A stretch of 64,000 nt of DNA from Tepidisphaeraceae bacterium (GTDB lineage Bacteria; Planctomycetota; Phycisphaerae; Tepidisphaerales; Tepidisphaeraceae). The notes beneath the pieces were generated by a model that worked only from the letters and a program-made list of their open reading frames with translations, was not told where the DNA came from and ran no database searches. The DNA is taken from the NCBI GenBank assembly GCA_035551995.1, contig DASZME010000083.1:61220-125219 (forward strand), in the 5' to 3' direction. A program made the translations under genes and the position numbers. Positions 1 to 10,348 of this stretch are shown here, piece after piece. Within the stretch, counting starts at the first letter, position 1; every line of letters begins with the position of its first letter.

Positions 1-3000
1 CTGGATGCCCTGACCAATACGAACATCGGCAGCACCCCGACCGGCACCGTCGAAACCTTCACTCAGACATCCGCCGCGACCTTGAACTTTGACGGGTCCG
101 CCGCGTCGGTAAACATTCCGACGGGATCAACCGCCCTGACGGTTCAGAACGCCTTGGCCGCGCTCTCCACCGTCGGCGCCGGAAACGTGCTTGTCACCAG
201 CACCGTCGCAAACACATTCGTCATCACCTTCACCGGTTCGCTCGGCACCCAGCAGCAGCCGCTGATTCTCGCGACCGGCTCAAGCAACAACATCGCCTAT
301 ACGTCCAACGCCACCCCTTCAAACATCATCGTCACCAGCCCCAATTATCTGACGGAAGGGGCGGGCGGCACATCCGCCGGCCCGTGGTACATCGAGTTTG
401 CCGGGGCGCTCGCCGGCGGCGCCGAGGGTACTTTCAGCATCGATCCAACCAACGGCGGCAGCGGTGGACTGACCTTCCCCGCCAATGTCACCGCCAGCAA
501 CGTAAGCGTAGTAACCACCGAGGCCGGCGGCGTCAGCGAACCGCAGATCGACCGCGGCGCCGGCGGGTGGTCGATCGAAATGGAAAACGGCGTGAACAGC
601 TCCGCCCAGATCGTCACCGGATCAAACCGCCTGGTGCTCAACTCCTACATCCGCGACTTCAGCTACCCCGGCGGCACCACCGCCCAGCCGGTGGTCATCA
701 GCGGTAACATCGCGCTCAACCCGACCAACGCGGTCCACGCGCCCACGACCGTCCAAACCATCTTCACCAACAACAACGACAGCCCCGCCTACAACGACGC
801 GGTCATTTCCGCGAACATCGCCGACGGCGCCCCCTATGCCGCCAGCCTGGTTTACACCGGCCTCGGCTCGGCCAACGCGCAACAATCCGCCGACCGCGTT
901 CTCGTTGACGGCAATAACACCTACTCCGGCTCAACCTCGGTCACCGCCGGCGTCTTGACCGACGGCACGAATACCGGGTTGGGCATCGGCCTGGCCAACT
1001 TCGCCGGCAACGGCGTCACCGTGAGCAATGGCGCCGCCCTGGAATTCAACGGCGGCGCCGCCACCGGCAGCGGCGCCGGTAACCTCACCGTCACCGATAA
1101 GCCCATCACCGCCAATGGCATGGGCGTGGAAATGCTCAATCCGTCTTATGTTCCCAACAACGTGAACAACGGGTTTAACACCCTCCTCGGTACCGGCAGC
1201 ATCCGCAGCGTCAGCGGAAGCAATTCACTGGTCAGTTCCCTCGGAAATCAAGCTGGCCTGGTCGTGACCGACGCTCAAGCCAATCAAAGCTCGATCGGCG
1301 TGGACGGCGCTTCGGCCCTGAATGGATCGGTCGCTTCGACGCTCAACATCAACGGCGTCGTGAACTGGACCAACAATCAGCTGGTCAGCAAAGTTGGAAG
1401 CGGCACGCTGACCATCTCCGGCGCGACTGCAAACACCTATACGACGACGATCAACCAGTTCTTCGTTGCCGAAGGCACGCTTTCGCTCAATAAGAGCGGC
1501 GCGGTGAACGCGCTTCCGCTGACCCCGGTGACCGTCGGTGCTTCGGTCAGCCGCATCGGGCAGGGGGAAAACGCAGCCGTGCTTCAGTATGGACCGGCCG
1601 CCACCGGCTTTAACGCCGAAATCCCGGCCTCCATCGAATTGTTCACGCTAACCGGCACCCCGACCGGCGGAACCTTCCAGCTCAACGTCACCATCAACGG
1701 GACACTCGCCACCACCTCCGCGATCCCCTACAACGCCACCGCCGCCCAGTTCCAGGCGGCATTGAACGGCCTGGTCGGCGGCGGGCAGGTCGCCTCGGTC
1801 ACCTCCACCAACGCCAATGGCGGGCCATGGCTGGTCTTCTGGGACGTGGTTCCCACCGCCGTCGCCCTCGTCAACAACCTCCTTTCCACGGGAGGAGGCC
1901 TTACCGTCGGCGGCTTGACGAACTCCACGATCACCGTCACCTCCAACGGCGAACTGGATCTCGCCACCAATCAGGCGTCGGCAAACTACGGCACCCTCAA
2001 CCTGTTACAAGGGACTAACTATGCCGACGTAGTCCTTGGCTTAACCAGCAACGTGGCTGTGGCCGGCAATATCGTCTCCTCGGGTAACGACGCGGCCACC
2101 GCCCCAGCCTTGATCACCGGCGGCACACTCAATCTCGGCGCCGCCGCCCACACCATCCAGGTTGGTCAGACCGTCTCAAACCCGTATGCCGCCAGCTTGG
2201 AGATCAGTTCCGCCCTCTCCGGCGGGCCGTTCACCATCACCAAGACCTACCCAGGCTTGCTGCTGGCCGCCGAAAGCGATACCAGCGCCATCACCGCGAT
2301 CAGCGAAGGCACCTTCGACGAAGACGGAACGGCGACCGGAAGCTTCACCGTCGGCGCCGGCGGCACCCTCGGCGGCGACGGAACGATCCTGGGCAGTATC
2401 TTCTATGGCGTGGCCACCGCGGCCTCCGCTTCCATCGCCGCCCAAATCGGCGGCGAAGCCACCATCCCCAACACCGGCGTGCTGAGCCTCGCCTCCAGCA
2501 TCACGTTGCCCTCGGGCGTCCCCTACACCGTCGAGCTTACCGGCACCGGCTATGATCAGCTCAACGTCACCGGCGGCACCGTCACGCTCAATAACCCGAC
2601 CCTCAACATCCTCCTGCCCTCCGGCTTCGTGGCCCCCTCGACGCCGTTCGTGATCATCAACTCGCAAAACCCGATCGTCGGCACCTTCGCCGGCCTCCCC
2701 GAAGGCCAATCATTCAACGTGAGCGATGCGCTCGGCCACATCACGACCTTCACGATCAGCTACCTGAACGGCCAAGTCGTCCTGACCGACGCCAACGTCG
2801 CTCCCACGACAACCGACCTTCAGATCACCAACGTCGCCCTGACCCCCAATGCCACGCCGGGCAATACGGTCACCTATTCGGTGGTCGTGACCAACAATGG
2901 CTCGGTCCCCGTCGCCAATGCCCTGGTGCAAGACGCCATCCCGACAACCTTGGCCAACGTCGTCTGGTCGGCGGTCGGATCAAGTGGGACGACCTATGCC

Positions 3001-6000
3001 AGCAGCGGCTCGGGCAACACGTTCTCTCAGTATGTCAGCCTGCCCGCCAACGGCACCATCACCTACACCATTACCGGAACGGTGAAAGGCAACCTCAACA
3101 GCAGCATCATCACGGTCGCCACGGTAACCGATCCGGCCAGCGTCACCGACAGCAACTACGCCAACAACTCGGCCATCGCCACGGTGACGGTCACCAACCT
3201 CCCGCAGGCTGATCTTCAGATCACCAACACCGACAACAACCCGACCGTCACGGCCGGCAGCCTGGTCACCTACACCGTCACCGTCACCAACGCCGGTCCC
3301 GCCGCCGCCAACGGCGTCACCGTCGCCGAGAACTTCACCGGCCTCGACCCCAACACCCTCGTCTTCTATACCGACCTCGGCGCCTCGGGCAACACACAAG
3401 CCCAAGGCTCCACCGGCAACATCAACGACACGCTGAACATGCCCGCCGGCAGCAGCGTCACCTACACCGTCATCGGTACCGTCAGCGCTTCGGATACCGG
3501 CATCCTGAGCAACGTCGCCACCGTCACCGCCCCGGCGGCCGTCGGCGACCCCAACTCCGCCAACAACTCCGCCACCAGCAACAGCGTCGTCCAGGTCCTG
3601 GCCGACCTGGCGATCTCGAACAGCAACAACGGCGTCTCCGCCGCCGGCGGCACCGTGGTCTACACGCTGGTGGTTTCCAACATCGGACCGAGCAACGTGG
3701 TCAACGCCGTCTTCGCCGATACCATCGACACCGGCCTCACCGGAGTCACCTGGTCGGCCACCAATGGCCATTCGGGCAGCGGCAGCGGAAACATCCTCGA
3801 CACGCTCAGCATCGCGACCGGCGCCTCGGTTACTTACACCGTCACCGGTACGATCAACGCGGCCGCCTTCACGGCCGCCGCGCCCAACAACGTGCTCAAG
3901 GCCTCGGCCAGCATCACCGCCCCCAGCGGAACGATGGACCCCAACACCAGCAATAACGTCGCGGTCAACCTAATCACCGTTACCGGCGGCACCTCAACCA
4001 CCGGCGGCGGCGCTCCCAACTATGGCGGTCCAACTGACCTGAGCATCGCCATGACCGACACCGCCGGCGGAACGTCGGCCGGCGCCGCCGGCAACGCCTA
4101 TGTCGGAACCGCGATCACTTACGCGATCACGGTCACCAACACCGGCGCCGCCGCGAACACGATCACGATCTCCGACATCATTCCGGCCGGTACGTTCGAT
4201 AGCGGCATCGGCTGGAGCTACACCGCCTCGGCCACGGGTGGCGCGACGGGCTTCACGGCATCGGCCGGACGTGACGGCAGCGGCAACCAGATTCCGGGCG
4301 CAACGCCGGAGATATTCGACACCAACGTCACCATGCCCGCCGGCAGCACCATCACCTATATGCTGACGGCCACCCCCAGCAGCAACGCCGCCAACGCGGT
4401 AACCGAAAGCGCCAGCGTCAACTTCCCCGGCACGGACAGCAATGCCACCAACAACACGGCGTCCATCAGCGATTCCCTCCCGAGCACGGTGATGACCTCG
4501 ATAAACGCCCCGAGCGACGTGACGCCGGGCCAGCAAGCCACCTATACCGTGGTGATCAGCAATGCGGGTCCGGAAGGAGTTAATGGCGTGAGCGCCTTCG
4601 ATTCCATCGAAGCCGCGACGAACGGGCTGGTCGCGAACACCATCACCTACGCCGCGTCCGCCAGTGCTTCGAACGGCGCCGGCCAGTCAGCAACCGGATT
4701 CACGCAGGGTGGCGTCGGTGATTTCAGTGACGTGCTCAATCTTCCTTCAGGCACAAGCGTGACATATTTCGTCACTGGTACCGTAAGCCCCGCCGCCACT
4801 GGAACCTTGCCGACCGGTCAGACGGTTACTGCGGTCGACCCGACTGGAATCACAAATACCGCGTCCTCGCCTGGCTATACGAATACGAACGTCTCTGCGA
4901 ACAGCGCCACCACGACGGTGGATACGCCGCAGTCTGATGTCGTCGTGTCCCTCAGCGGGAGCGATCCGCTGGCGGTCGGAAGCACCGACGTCTATACAAT
5001 CGTGGTTCGCAATCTGGGCCCCAGCAGCACGGGCGCCGGCGTCATCTTGAACGACCAATTCCCCAGCTACCTCAGCAACATCACCTACACCAGCACGATC
5101 GTCGACAAAGGTCAGCCCACCGCCGGCACCGTCACCGGCAACACGCAGGGATCCAGTGCGGTGTCGAGCCTGACGCTTAACGATTCTCTTTCGCTGCCGG
5201 CCGGTTCGGTAGTGGAGTATGTGGTAACGGGTACCGTGACGTCGCTGCCGGCATCAAGTGCTCCAATCACCGATACCGTCACCGCGACACCGCCAAGCAC
5301 GATCGTCAGCAACGCGAATGACCCGACGAATCTCACGCGGACCGTCACCGCGGCCACCACGACTGCCGCGACGACCGATGTGGTTGGTGAGTACCTGTTC
5401 TACAACAACAGTGCATGGGGCGGCGCCATCGCCACCGACAAGACCGCTCTCCAATCCGGGCAGGCAGCGAACATCAATAATTACTCCAGCTACTTTGGCG
5501 GCATAAATGGAATTTACATTGACGTCATGGGCTTGACCAACACCCTGACGGCCGCCGACTTTACGTTTAAGGCTGGACAGGCCTCCAAGGCAGTCAGCAC
5601 ATGGCAGACATGGTCAAATCCGACGGTCACGCAAACGGCAGGCGCGGGCGTCGATGGATCGACGCGAGTGACTCTCACATGGCCGGACTTCCCGTACAAT
5701 TCGTTCGCGCCAGACGGTAGTCAGCCGTATACCAGCGGTTATGGCACTGGGCAGGGTCCATTCAGCACGGCCGGCTTTGATCCGACGCAATTCGCCGTAT
5801 TTGATCGCTGGCTCCAGGTGACCGTCAACGGCGCCACCAGCGGCAACAACAATACCGGGTTAGCCGACAATGACATCTTCTACTTTGGGAGCGCCCCTGG
5901 CTCTACCGGCGTCGATACAAGCCGCACCGCCACCGTTGTGACCTCCAACGATTCGAATGCAGCTGGCCTGAATGATGCGACCCGATTCCAGACGACCATC

Positions 6001-7089
6001 GCCGACGTCTACGATGTCGATCGAAGCCGCGGAGTTGACAGTAACGACGCAACCCTGATCAACCAGTGGACCTCAACGGTCTTCCAGTCGGCAGGACTTC
6101 TTAACGCTCCCGTAGCACCGGCGGGATCCAGTCAGCAACCCAGTGGGCAGCTCACCGCCCAGACCAGTGCCGTTTCCACCCCGGCGGTCACGACAATGTC
6201 AGCGACTCCGATGACGGCGGCTTCTCCGGCGACATTCGTGGTGGATTCACAAACGGTGAGTTCGACGCTGGCGGCGCCAATTACCACTGCCACCGAGCCA
6301 GTGGTCCTGGTCGGCGATCATCTGTTGTTGCCGAACAAGGCCGGTCAGAAGATTCAAGTTTATGTTACCGGGGGTGAATTCACGGAAGATGATCGAATTG
6401 AAGTGCAAGTAGCCGACGGCGGCGTCGCTGCCGGCGGCACCGTGAACGGACCGGCAATCACCAACGTAGATACGGTTGACGGGACAATCTTTGCCGCAAA
6501 TAACCAAGGCCAAGGAGGAAAGGGATCGGTCGCTCCGCAAGTGTTCGATGCGGCGACTCAAGCTGCAGGCGGCGGAGTGGTTAGCGCTCAAGGCCTCCTT
6601 GCCACAATAACGGTGGACACGACTGGCTATAACAGCGGGTCGTTCCCATTGGTCCTCAGTAACACCGTCAACGGCTCCACGATGTTTGGCCAACTGGGCG
6701 CTCAGATTACGGATGGCCTGATTACGATTCTGGCCCCCACGCCCACGCCGCCTCCGACTCCGGCTCCGACCGCAGCTCCGAAACTCGGATCTATCTCCGG
6801 CGCCGTCGATGAAAAGACCAAGAAAGGCACCGTCGGCCTCGCCGGCTGGACCGTGTTCATCGATGAATACGGAACGGGTGCTTATCACAAGGGCGATCCA
6901 ACCGCCGTGACGGATAAGAATGGCAATTGGAGCTTCAATAACCTGGCGAAGGGCACCTATAACGTGAGCATTGAGGAGCAGCCGAAGAAGTTTACCCCCA
7001 GCGGTCTTTCGAAGACAGGTCTGCATGTGAAACTCGCGGCGGGACAGAAATCGTCCGGTAATGTGTTCGGCGAGCAGCCAATTGCTTAG
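1..7089 (+). CDS. Giant cell-surface adhesin-like protein, 5'-truncated by the window edge. It carries autotransporter-type beta-strand repeats, six DUF11 repeat domains, a dockerin-like segment, a cohesin-like segment, a PT-rich linker and a C-terminal Cna B/SdrD-like domain.
   Basis: Frame 1 is open from base 1, with no stop before the track ORF at 82, so the gene continues upstream of the window. Its composition is rich in Thr, Gly, Asn, Ser, Val and Ala. Autotransporter-associated beta-strand repeats are present, e.g. TLTISGATANTYTTTINQFFVAEGTLSLNKSG. Six DUF11-type units are present: DLQITNVALTPNATPGNTVTYSVVVTNNG, DLQITNTDNNPTVTAGSLVTYTVTVTNAGP, DLAISNSNNGVSAAGGTVVYTLVVSNIGP, DLSIAMTDTAGG...ITYAITVTNTG, VMTSINAPSDVTPGQQATYTVVISNAGP and DVVVSLSGSDPLAVGSTDVYTIVVRNLGP. 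A dockerin-like motif (DVYDVDRSRGVDSNDATLINQW) is present. A PT linker (PTPTPPPTPAPTAAPK) precedes a Cna B-like tail (KNGNWSFNNLAKGTYNVS). Confidence 0.8.
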   Translation: MDALTNTNIGSTPTGTVETFTQTSAATLNFDGSAASVNIPTGSTALTVQNALAALSTVGAGNVLVTSTVANTFVITFTGSLGTQQQPLILATGSSNNIAYTSNATPSNIIVTSPNYLTEGAGGTSAGPWYIEFAGALAGGAEGTFSIDPTNGGSGGLTFPANVTASNVSVVTTEAGGVSEPQIDRGAGGWSIEMENGVNSSAQIVTGSNRLVLNSYIRDFSYPGGTTAQPVVISGNIALNPTNAVHAPTTVQTIFTNNNDSPAYNDAVISANIADGAPYAASLVYTGLGSANAQQSADRVLVDGNNTYSGSTSVTAGVLTDGTNTGLGIGLANFAGNGVTVSNGAALEFNGGAATGSGAGNLTVTDKPITANGMGVEMLNPSYVPNNVNNGFNTLLGTGSIRSVSGSNSLVSSLGNQAGLVVTDAQANQSSIGVDGASALNGSVASTLNINGVVNWTNNQLVSKVGSGTLTISGATANTYTTTINQFFVAEGTLSLNKSGAVNALPLTPVTVGASVSRIGQGENAAVLQYGPAATGFNAEIPASIELFTLTGTPTGGTFQLNVTINGTLATTSAIPYNATAAQFQAALNGLVGGGQVASVTSTNANGGPWLVFWDVVPTAVALVNNLLSTGGGLTVGGLTNSTITVTSNGELDLATNQASANYGTLNLLQGTNYADVVLGLTSNVAVAGNIVSSGNDAATAPALITGGTLNLGAAAHTIQVGQTVSNPYAASLEISSALSGGPFTITKTYPGLLLAAESDTSAITAISEGTFDEDGTATGSFTVGAGGTLGGDGTILGSIFYGVATAASASIAAQIGGEATIPNTGVLSLASSITLPSGVPYTVELTGTGYDQLNVTGGTVTLNNPTLNILLPSGFVAPSTPFVIINSQNPIVGTFAGLPEGQSFNVSDALGHITTFTISYLNGQVVLTDANVAPTTTDLQITNVALTPNATPGNTVTYSVVVTNNGSVPVANALVQDAIPTTLANVVWSAVGSSGTTYASSGSGNTFSQYVSLPANGTITYTITGTVKGNLNSSIITVATVTDPASVTDSNYANNSAIATVTVTNLPQADLQITNTDNNPTVTAGSLVTYTVTVTNAGPAAANGVTVAENFTGLDPNTLVFYTDLGASGNTQAQGSTGNINDTLNMPAGSSVTYTVIGTVSASDTGILSNVATVTAPAAVGDPNSANNSATSNSVVQVLADLAISNSNNGVSAAGGTVVYTLVVSNIGPSNVVNAVFADTIDTGLTGVTWSATNGHSGSGSGNILDTLSIATGASVTYTVTGTINAAAFTAAAPNNVLKASASITAPSGTMDPNTSNNVAVNLITVTGGTSTTGGGAPNYGGPTDLSIAMTDTAGGTSAGAAGNAYVGTAITYAITVTNTGAAANTITISDIIPAGTFDSGIGWSYTASATGGATGFTASAGRDGSGNQIPGATPEIFDTNVTMPAGSTITYMLTATPSSNAANAVTESASVNFPGTDSNATNNTASISDSLPSTVMTSINAPSDVTPGQQATYTVVISNAGPEGVNGVSAFDSIEAATNGLVANTITYAASASASNGAGQSATGFTQGGVGDFSDVLNLPSGTSVTYFVTGTVSPAATGTLPTGQTVTAVDPTGITNTASSPGYTNTNVSANSATTTVDTPQSDVVVSLSGSDPLAVGSTDVYTIVVRNLGPSSTGAGVILNDQFPSYLSNITYTSTIVDKGQPTAGTVTGNTQGSSAVSSLTLNDSLSLPAGSVVEYVVTGTVTSLPASSAPITDTVTATPPSTIVSNANDPTNLTRTVTAATTTAATTDVVGEYLFYNNSAWGGAIATDKTALQSGQAANINNYSSYFGGINGIYIDVMGLTNTLTAADFTFKAGQASKAVSTWQTWSNPTVTQTAGAGVDGSTRVTLTWPDFPYNSFAPDGSQPYTSGYGTGQGPFSTAGFDPTQFAVFDRWLQVTVNGATSGNNNTGLADNDIFYFGSAPGSTGVDTSRTATVVTSNDSNAAGLNDATRFQTTIADVYDVDRSRGVDSNDATLINQWTSTVFQSAGLLNAPVAPAGSSQQPSGQLTAQTSAVSTPAVTTMSATPMTAASPATFVVDSQTVSSTLAAPITTATEPVVLVGDHLLLPNKAGQKIQVYVTGGEFTEDDRIEVQVADGGVAAGGTVNGPAITNVDTVDGTIFAANNQGQGGKGSVAPQVFDAATQAAGGGVVSAQGLLATITVDTTGYNSGSFPLVLSNTVNGSTMFGQLGAQITDGLITILAPTPTPPPTPAPTAAPKLGSISGAVDEKTKKGTVGLAGWTVFIDEYGTGAYHKGDPTAVTDKNGNWSFNNLAKGTYNVSIEEQPKKFTPSGLSKTGLHVKLAAGQKSSGNVFGEQPIA

Positions 7090-7153
7090 AATTTGTTTGA
7101 ATTTGAGTGCCGATTGTGTATATTTATCTGCATCAGGTCTGCCGGCGGTTGGA

Positions 7154-7924
7154 ATGGATAATCGTATGAATGCAAAAACGTCTACACGCCCGTGGTGGAA
7201 GTGTGTTGGAGCCGGGATGTTTTTCTTGACATTGGCTTCGAGTTCGTACGGTTCCGGAATTATCACGCTCACTGTTTCGCCGACGACGCTGAGCTCCAAT
7301 TCCAAGACCGGCACCGTTAGCATTTATGTTCAGGATACATCACCCTCTGATAATGTCTCGAACATGGTGTTGAATATCGAAATTGCAAATGGGGGCCAGT
7401 ACGGGCAGAACCCCAACGGAGACGCTGCATCCAGCGGTAATACAGGTCCTCTCATGTCTGCCGTGAATTTTCAGCCAGCGGGTGGTGTTTTTAACCAGAT
7501 TGCACTTACGATGAACGGGCAGACGCTTACATCGCAGACAAATGAACCTGTTAACAATCAGACGGGCGTGAACTCCGGCGAATCCCAGCTCTGGCTCACG
7601 AGTTTTACCGTGTCCGGCATTAACAATAAGGTAAACCTTCCGACGACGAAAACGCTTTTAGCAGTTGTAACGATCGATACGAGCACCAATTTGAACTTTC
7701 CGACCGGACCTTGGGCCATTCAATTTAATGGAGATCAATACGCCAACGGAAAGACGTCATTTGGCAGTGCATTCCAAACAACCGAGGCGGCCACAAACCT
7801 AAGTATGACGCCCGAACCCGCCAGCATGGCTCTATTCGGGATTATGTTGCCGGTCTTGTTTCTTCGTCGGCGTCGTCGGTTAGTGGACACAATCCGCTCC
7901 GACTTCGACCAGCTGTCGTTTTAA
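7154..7924 (+). CDS. PEP-CTERM sorting-domain secreted protein
   Basis: The track ORF 7061..7924 has in-frame ATGs at 7154 and 7166. The N-terminus reads as a signal peptide (MNAKTSTRPWWKCVGAGMFFLTLASSSYGSG). The C-terminus is a canonical PEP-CTERM motif (TPEPASMALFGIMLPVLFLRRRRRL): a PEP motif, a hydrophobic helix and an Arg cluster. The start codon choice is uncertain, 7154 or 7166. Confidence 0.75.
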   Translation: MDNRMNAKTSTRPWWKCVGAGMFFLTLASSSYGSGIITLTVSPTTLSSNSKTGTVSIYVQDTSPSDNVSNMVLNIEIANGGQYGQNPNGDAASSGNTGPLMSAVNFQPAGGVFNQIALTMNGQTLTSQTNEPVNNQTGVNSGESQLWLTSFTVSGINNKVNLPTTKTLLAVVTIDTSTNLNFPTGPWAIQFNGDQYANGKTSFGSAFQTTEAATNLSMTPEPASMALFGIMLPVLFLRRRRRLVDTIRSDFDQLSF

Positions 7925-7956
7925 CGATCACTGTCAATTTACAATCGCATGTTCAG

Positions 7957-7991
7957 AAGGCACACGAGCGATCTCGTGTGCCTTCATTTTG
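7957..7991 (+). terminator. Probable intrinsic terminator after the PEP-CTERM gene
   Basis: There is a perfect 11-bp stem, aggcacacgag-cgat-ctcgtgtgcct, followed by tcatttt, about 30 nt after the stop at 7924. Confidence 0.5.
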
Positions 7992-8264
7992 GTGCGACGA
8001 ATGTCTAGATGGTGGAATGTTCTTCAGGCGAAAGGGGCGGGGGATCGGCCGTCCCAGGCGACGGGATCATCCGCTAAGGCGAATCCTAAGGCTTTTTCTA
8101 CGTCGTTGTAATGTTCCTGCAATTTAAGGGCTAAGGAAAAACCCCCTTGCTGCCGCTTTCGGCTGAGCGAACGCAAGCATGGTCGAAGTCGTAGAATCGG
8201 GTATTTTCGAAACCGAACACAAAGCAGTACCCTCGGTGGGTTCGGGAATTTCTTTACCGAGACC

Positions 8265-8305
8265 TTAGCGGCTCCGCTTGCGGGGCATGTTTCGTAAGCG
8301 AACCC
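8265..8305. repeat. Family-B REP-like repeat, partial copy B1
   Basis: The sequence ttagcggctccgcttgcggggcatgtttcg shares the tagcggcCSCgcttgcggggcrt core with the copies at 22673, 24647 and 38764 (inverted). Confidence 0.4.
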
Positions 8306-8473
8306 TCCTTCCCTCATCTTCCCACCGCCATTTGTCTGTCACGCAACATGGTGGTATAGTCCAGTGTTACAACGATTTGCGACTTCCGACGGCCGCCGTT
8401 GGATGTATCGGCAGCTGTTGGGACGCAGTGCAAATTTTGGCTCGGAAACCGTCCAGCGATATTGTGGCGCCCG

Positions 8474-10348
8474 ATGGCTTTGGAATTGAAAGCTCCCAGT
8501 CTGGACTTTGGCGCCTTTCGGACGCAGGTGCTGGGGTCTATCGATATCGTCGAACTGATCGGCCGAACCGTCACGCTCAAACGGCGTGGAAAAAACTACG
8601 TCGGCCTATGCCCGTTCCATCAGGAAAAGACCGGCTCGTTCAACGTCGATTCCACCCGGCAGTTCTTTCACTGCTTTGGATGTAAAGCCAGCGGAAACGC
8701 CATCGATTTCGTGATGAAGCGCGACCGGCTGGAATTCATCGACGCGCTTCGGATGCTCGGCGAATCGCTCGGACTGGAATTGCCGCGCGGCGGAGGATCG
8801 AAACAAAAATCGGGCGAACGACAAGCCCTTTTCGAGATGCAATCGGCGGCGGGCGCGTACTTCGCCAGATCGCTGGAACATCCGCAGGCGGGCCAGGCGG
8901 CAAGGGAATATCTCAAAGAACGCGGGATCGAAGACGGATCGATCAAACGATTTCAGATTGGGTTTGCGGCTGACGGATGGGACGGATTGCTTCGCGGCGC
9001 GGTCGGCAGGAAATATCCGCCGGAACAGCTTGCGCTCGGCGGCCTTGTTAAAATGCGCGAGAGCGGACAGGGCGCCTATGACACGTTTCGCAATCGGCTG
9101 ATGTTCCCGATCCGCGACGACAGCGGGCGCGTAATCGCGTTTGGCGGCCGGGTGATGCCCGGATCGGCCGACCCGGCCAAGTATCTGAACAGCCCCGAAA
9201 CGCCGTTGTTTTCCAAAAGCCGATGTGTCTTTGGACTGGACCTGGCGAAACAAAAAATCGTCGAGAGCCGAACCGCGGTGGTCGTCGAGGGGTATACGGA
9301 TGTTGTCATGGCGCATCAGTTCGGCGCCAGCAACGTCGTCTCGATCCTCGGGACGGCCATGACCGAGCAGCATGTGCAGATGCTTCGGCGGTTTGCGGAT
9401 CGGATCGTGCTGCTGTTTGACGCCGACACGGCCGGCGATACCGCGGTCGACCGGGCGGTTGGGTTGTTCCTGACGCAGGAAGTGGATATTGCGGTGGCGT
9501 CGATGCCGGACGGAGTCGATCCGGACGAATATCTGCTGGCGCACGGCGCCGAAAGTTTCAACCAGTTGATCGCGGCGGGGGCGGATGCGCTGCTTTATAA
9601 GTGGAAGCAGTTGCTCCGCCGATTCAACGCCAGCGGCGACAGCCTGACCGGGCAGCAGAAGGTGGTGGAGGAATATCTGAACGTGCTGGCGGCGGCGCGC
9701 GGAAGCGGCCCGGTGGATGGGATCCGGTGGGGGATGGCTCTGACGCAGGTGAGCCGCCTGACCGAAATTCCGGTCGATCAGCTGAACCGGCGATTCAAGG
9801 CGCCAAAACAGGCGGGTCGTCGCTTATCGGCCCCCGCGTCGTCGGCTCCCGCTCAAGCGGAGTCGGCCGGCGAGCCGAATATGGGATACCCGGCGCCGCC
9901 GATGCCTCCGATACGGCGGCAGTTGACGGCGCAGGAACGGGCCGAGCGGCGGCTTTTGGGCGTGCTCTTGGTCGAGCCGGCGCGATGGCAGAATGTGCAG
10001 AAGCATGTGCATCTGGACGACTTTTTCGATCCGTTGCATCGACGGCTGGCCGAAACATACTGGACGCATCAACAGGATGAGGGCGAGCCGGTATTTAACG
10101 AGTTCCTCGGTTTGCTGAATGACGAAAATTTGCGGGAATTGGCCGTTGTCGCCGTTGAGGAAGTCGAAGCGCTGGCCGACCCGCAGGGCTTAGTTGACGC
10201 CTCGATCGGCTACTTTCAGGAGACCCGCAGGGCTTTGGAAGATCGGAAACTTCTGTCCGAAGTCCAGCGTAAGAAGCCTGGACAGGACGAAGACTTACTG
10301 AAAAAATTGCAGGAGCAAGCAAGTAAACCCAATTTGCGGCGTACTTAA
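8474..10348 (+). CDS. dnaG: DNA primase DnaG
   Basis: A CHC2 zinc finger is present (GLCPFHQEKTGSFNVDSTRQFFHCFGCKASGNAIDFV). A TOPRIM region is present (VVVEGYTDVVMAHQFG ... LLFDADTAGD). The start is placed at the in-frame ATG at 8474 (MALELKAPSLDFGAFRT), which is residue 26 of the track ORF. Confidence 0.9.
   Translation: MALELKAPSLDFGAFRTQVLGSIDIVELIGRTVTLKRRGKNYVGLCPFHQEKTGSFNVDSTRQFFHCFGCKASGNAIDFVMKRDRLEFIDALRMLGESLGLELPRGGGSKQKSGERQALFEMQSAAGAYFARSLEHPQAGQAAREYLKERGIEDGSIKRFQIGFAADGWDGLLRGAVGRKYPPEQLALGGLVKMRESGQGAYDTFRNRLMFPIRDDSGRVIAFGGRVMPGSADPAKYLNSPETPLFSKSRCVFGLDLAKQKIVESRTAVVVEGYTDVVMAHQFGASNVVSILGTAMTEQHVQMLRRFADRIVLLFDADTAGDTAVDRAVGLFLTQEVDIAVASMPDGVDPDEYLLAHGAESFNQLIAAGADALLYKWKQLLRRFNASGDSLTGQQKVVEEYLNVLAAARGSGPVDGIRWGMALTQVSRLTEIPVDQLNRRFKAPKQAGRRLSAPASSAPAQAESAGEPNMGYPAPPMPPIRRQLTAQERAERRLLGVLLVEPARWQNVQKHVHLDDFFDPLHRRLAETYWTHQQDEGEPVFNEFLGLLNDENLRELAVVAVEEVEALADPQGLVDASIGYFQETRRALEDRKLLSEVQRKKPGQDEDLLKKLQEQASKPNLRRT

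Noticed and set aside
8024-8317. 97-aa minus-strand ORF in the PEP-CTERM/dnaG intergenic region, considered as a possible rpsU-like small gene of the macromolecular-synthesis operon
   Set aside because: It has no similarity to ribosomal protein S21. Its N-terminal half overlaps the family-B repeat copy and is Arg-rich. Only the last about 35 codons look protein-like. Not called.
8606-9544. 312-aa minus-strand ORF antisense to dnaG
   Set aside because: It is a shadow ORF, and the dnaG motifs are on the plus strand.
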